In this document: one piece after another, positions 1-1,820 of the stretch
Layout of the letters: each line of letters begins with the position of its first letter
Numbering within the stretch: the first letter of the stretch is position 1
Assembly: GCA_000004985.1 (NCBI GenBank)
Contig: GG739325.1
Length of the DNA stretch: 1,820 bases
Reading direction: 5' to 3' (one strand)
Source of the DNA: Naegleria gruberi
Taxonomy: Eukaryota
Position numbers and translations under genes: made by a program
The notes under the pieces: model-generated
The model's database searches: none
The model's input: the letters and a program-made list of their open reading frames with translations, nothing else
Told to the model about the DNA's origin: nothing

Positions 1-640
1 TTCCTCCAATGGCTACTCTAAGGGTTATCTACACCCAAATCATGGAAAATCGTCAGAAGACAATACCTCCCCACCGAATGGTGTGGAGTCACTATAGCTT
101 GTCACTACCTCCTCGTATTGAGATTGGGTAATTTGCGCGCCTGCTGCCGTCCTTAGATGTGGTAGCGATTTCTCAGGCTCCCTCTCCGGAATCGAACACT
201 GATTCCCCGTACCCGTCAAAGCCTGGTTTGTCCTTTAAACAAACAACGAGCTGATAGGTAAGAAACTCCTCTGCCTGGCCACTAGAAAAAGCAAACCTGA
301 AAGGCCTTATGAAAACCTTGTTAATTCACTTTCCCGCGCCCGAAGGCACCTGCTAGCGGTCGATTCCTAATCCCCCGAATATGTTGCCACACCCGAAAAA
401 CTAGGTTACAATAGCTAGGCTTCAGCACAAATACTATTACCACCCCGAAGGGAACAAGTATTATCGCTGCAGTTAACGGTGGTATCCTTGTAAACTTTCC
501 AGTGGCTAGGAGTATAACTGTTATAATGAGCCTTCCACAGACTATCATTATACACGGACGAAACCGCATATGATTGATCTTACATTTGCATGGCTTAGGC
601 TTTGAGACAAGCATATAGTACTGGCAGGATCAACCAGGTA
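1..640 (-). rRNA. Small-subunit (18S-type) ribosomal RNA, 5' portion (~640 nt). The mature 5' end is at 640 and the gene continues leftwards beyond position 1.
   Basis: Seen in sequence: revcomp of 619-640 is TACCTGGTTGATCCTGCCAGTA, the near-universal eukaryotic SSU 5' terminus. Revcomp of ~118-200 reads GTTCGATTCCGGAGAGGGAGCCTGAGAAATCGCTACCACATCTAAGGACGGCAGCAGGCGCGCAAATTACCCAATC, the conserved 18S core, followed by GAGGTAGTGACAA. Revcomp of 1-20 reads TAGAGTAGCCATTGGAGGAA, the sequence just 5' of the GTGCCAGCAGCCGCGGTAA loop. The landmarks occur in the canonical order and spacing. A bacterial 16S would start AGAGTTTGATC, so this is eukaryotic nuclear SSU. Confidence 0.93.
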
Positions 641-906
641 TCACTGGAGCAAAACGAGTTTTACCTTGTTTGCGCTCCGGTTGGATTTCAAGCGTTCGTT
701 GGTTTGCACCACCTACTGGCTATCCATCCGTTTGCCATTATGAACTCGATTTGAGCCTAAACGAATGAATCGTTTGGGTCTCTGAGGTATGGGGTTCCTC
801 TTGCGAGGGTTTCCCGCTTAATGCGGGTAATCAATATTGAAAAACAGCTGGCTCGTCCCGGGTCAAGGGTTTCCCCTCGGTCCAGGCTTCGCTGGCTGTG
901 GTGGTA

Positions 907-998
907 GGGCAGCCCAAAGGGCTGCGGTGGTAGGCTGGTAGGATCTGGGCAGCCCAAAAGGCTGCGGTTTGGCTGTGGGCAGCCCAAAAGGCTGCGGT
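907..998. repeat. Three tandem copies of a 22-nt element, GGGCAGCCCAAA(A/G)GGCTGCGGT, at 907-928, 947-968 and 977-998. Each contains a perfect short palindrome, GCAGCC(C)-AAA(A)-(G)GGCTGC, able to form a 6-7 bp GC-rich stem with a 3-5 nt loop.
   Basis: Seen directly in sequence. Copies 2 and 3 are identical, and copy 1 differs by one base (AAAG vs AAAA). The 18-nt and 8-nt inter-copy segments (929-946, 969-976) are short, irregular and unrelated. That rules out a CRISPR array and fits spacer sub-repeats. Confidence 0.85.
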
Positions 999-1209
999 TG
1001 AGGTATCTGAATCGGCCCCAGGGGCAGCGGTTGGGCCGGACGGTTGGGGGGCCCTCCTAGGCTCCCGGGTCACACACGCGGGAGGCTCCCTGGACAGCCC
1101 TGGGGTCAGGACTGGCAGCGGGTTGGACCGTTGGCCGTGGGAATGGCCGTGGGTTCTGCCGGCTGGCTGTAGGGTGCCTCGACCGCACGCGTGGCCTGGG
1201 TGGGCCAGA

Positions 1210-1281
1210 GGGCGCGTGGCTGGTGGTTGGCTGGCTGGTGGGCTGGTTGGCTGGTGGCGGGTCAGGTTTGGTTGGTTGGTT
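1210..1281. repeat. G/T-rich low-complexity tract, (TGGN)n-like with TGGC/TGGT units, then GGTTTGGTTGGTTGGTT. Positions 1210-1263 contain no A at all on the + strand.
   Basis: Seen directly in sequence: gtggctggtggttggctggctggtgggctggttggctggtggcgg followed by gtcaggtttggttggttggtt. It is a microsatellite-like simple repeat inside the GC-rich spacer. Confidence 0.6.
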
Positions 1282-1499
1282 AGCAGCGCCCCGCAGTTAC
1301 GCGCTGCCTTGGCTCCCAGCCGCAAGGGCTGGGGGTGCCCACCGACCTTCATCAGGCGGGGAGGGTTACCGACCCCCGGTGTGAACAGCAGGCCCCAACG
1401 GGTGGTTGACCCATTGGGGGCTCCGAAGGGCGTTGATACCCTCGATGAGGGTAATCCCTTAGGATCCTGCTGTCCGCAAGGTTAGGAACTGAAGTTCAG

Positions 1500-1820
1500 A
1501 CATTTCGGGGGGGTCGATGAACTCGAAAGTAGATATGGAAATAACTATAAATAAATAATCTTATAGTGTTTACAATAGAGGTGTCAAAAACGAAAAATCT
1601 ATTAATATATAAATCCACAAGATATAGTTTACTGATAAATATGACCATATTTTTGACTGAAATTTTTTAAAATTTTTGTCCTCACTTCATTTCTAGCCGA
1701 TTTTAAAATAACCAAATACTGTAAAACATTATATTCCTCTTGTAATATATGCATAAAATCGATTAAAAAAATTAACCCGTTTCTACCCAATATATTCTTT
1801 ATAATAGACCTGTATACTCA
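1500..1820. other. Very AT-rich, ORF-free non-coding DNA. It is a candidate intergenic (non-transcribed) spacer of the rDNA unit, or the flank of the rDNA array.
   Basis: Seen in sequence: composition drops abruptly from roughly two-thirds GC (800-1500) to roughly one-quarter GC. No ORF is reported in any frame. A/T homopolymer runs and stop codons are abundant on both strands. The functional assignment is inferred from the rDNA context. Confidence 0.4.

Larger units (their letters stand above)
641..1500 (-). other. Upstream spacer of the rRNA gene: putative 5' external transcribed spacer, possibly extending into intergenic spacer. The upstream limit and transcription start are unknown.
   Basis: This is an inference from position, as it sits immediately upstream of the mapped 18S 5' end. 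The supplied track shows only repeat-derived low-complexity ORFs here. The GC-rich sub-repeats are typical of rDNA spacers. No promoter could be identified by sequence alone. Confidence 0.45.

Noticed and set aside
186-205. tRNA-like T-loop motif GGTTCGATTCC on the minus strand
   Set aside because: This is the well-known conserved 18S rRNA segment GTTCGATTCCGGAGAGGGAGCC, not a tRNA. No acceptor or anticodon arms are present around it.
321-614. 97-aa ORF on the minus strand
   Set aside because: It lies entirely inside the SSU rRNA gene, in the same orientation as the rRNA. It is a chance open frame in a structural RNA. The protein has no recognisable features.
757-987. 76-aa ORF on the minus strand
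   Set aside because: It lies in the rRNA upstream spacer and overlaps the hairpin repeats. It is compositionally biased with no supporting signals.
907-998. Possible CRISPR array (repeated palindromic ~22-nt units)
   Set aside because: There are only three copies. The intervening segments are 18 and 8 nt, far too short and irregular for spacers. The repeat itself is shorter than typical CRISPR repeats. The context is eukaryotic rDNA.
831-1352. 173-aa ORF on the minus strand (Pro/Ala/Gly/Arg/Thr-rich)
   Set aside because: It is a low-complexity read-through of the GC-rich spacer. Its TAAFWAAHSQTAAFWAAQ segment is the literal translation of the tandem GCAGCCTTTTGGGCTGCC hairpin repeats. Long stop-free frames on both strands are expected by chance in GC-rich DNA. 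It has no start context and no recognisable domains.
1123-1485. 120-aa ORF on the plus strand (Trp/Gly/Arg/Leu-rich), overlapping the 173-aa ORF antisense
   Set aside because: Same reasoning: it is translation of the TGG-repeat tract and GC-rich spacer. Two long mutually antisense ORFs over the same GC-rich repeat are a classic artefact, not a gene pair.
1-1820. Novel defence, toxin-antitoxin or mobile protein-coding system
   Set aside because: No credible protein-coding gene exists anywhere in the window. The left third is rRNA, the middle is repetitive GC-rich spacer, and the right is ORF-free AT-rich DNA. Claiming a system would be unsupported.

Overview
This window is a piece of a eukaryotic nuclear rDNA unit, not a protein-coding or prokaryotic accessory locus. 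Positions 1-640 are the 5' ~640 nt of a small-subunit (18S-type) rRNA gene on the minus strand. The mature 5' end maps exactly to position 640: the reverse complement of 619-640 is TACCTGGTTGATCCTGCCAGTA. The gene runs leftwards off the window. To the right, which is upstream in rRNA sense, lies a spacer of moderate composition (641-~800). A strongly GC-rich repetitive block follows (~800-1500). It holds three tandem copies of a 22-nt hairpin-forming element (907-998) and an A-free TGG-rich low-complexity tract (~1210-1281). At ~1500 the composition switches abruptly to very AT-rich, ORF-free DNA (1500-1820) that looks like intergenic spacer. I judge all four ORFs in the supplied track to be spurious. 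One lies inside the rRNA. The other three are Pro/Ala/Gly/Arg-rich read-throughs of the GC-rich repeats. I find no evidence for a novel protein-based system. The items worth a second look are the spacer repeat architecture, a possible Pol I promoter or transcript boundary near 1500, and the unusually expanded V2 region of the 18S.
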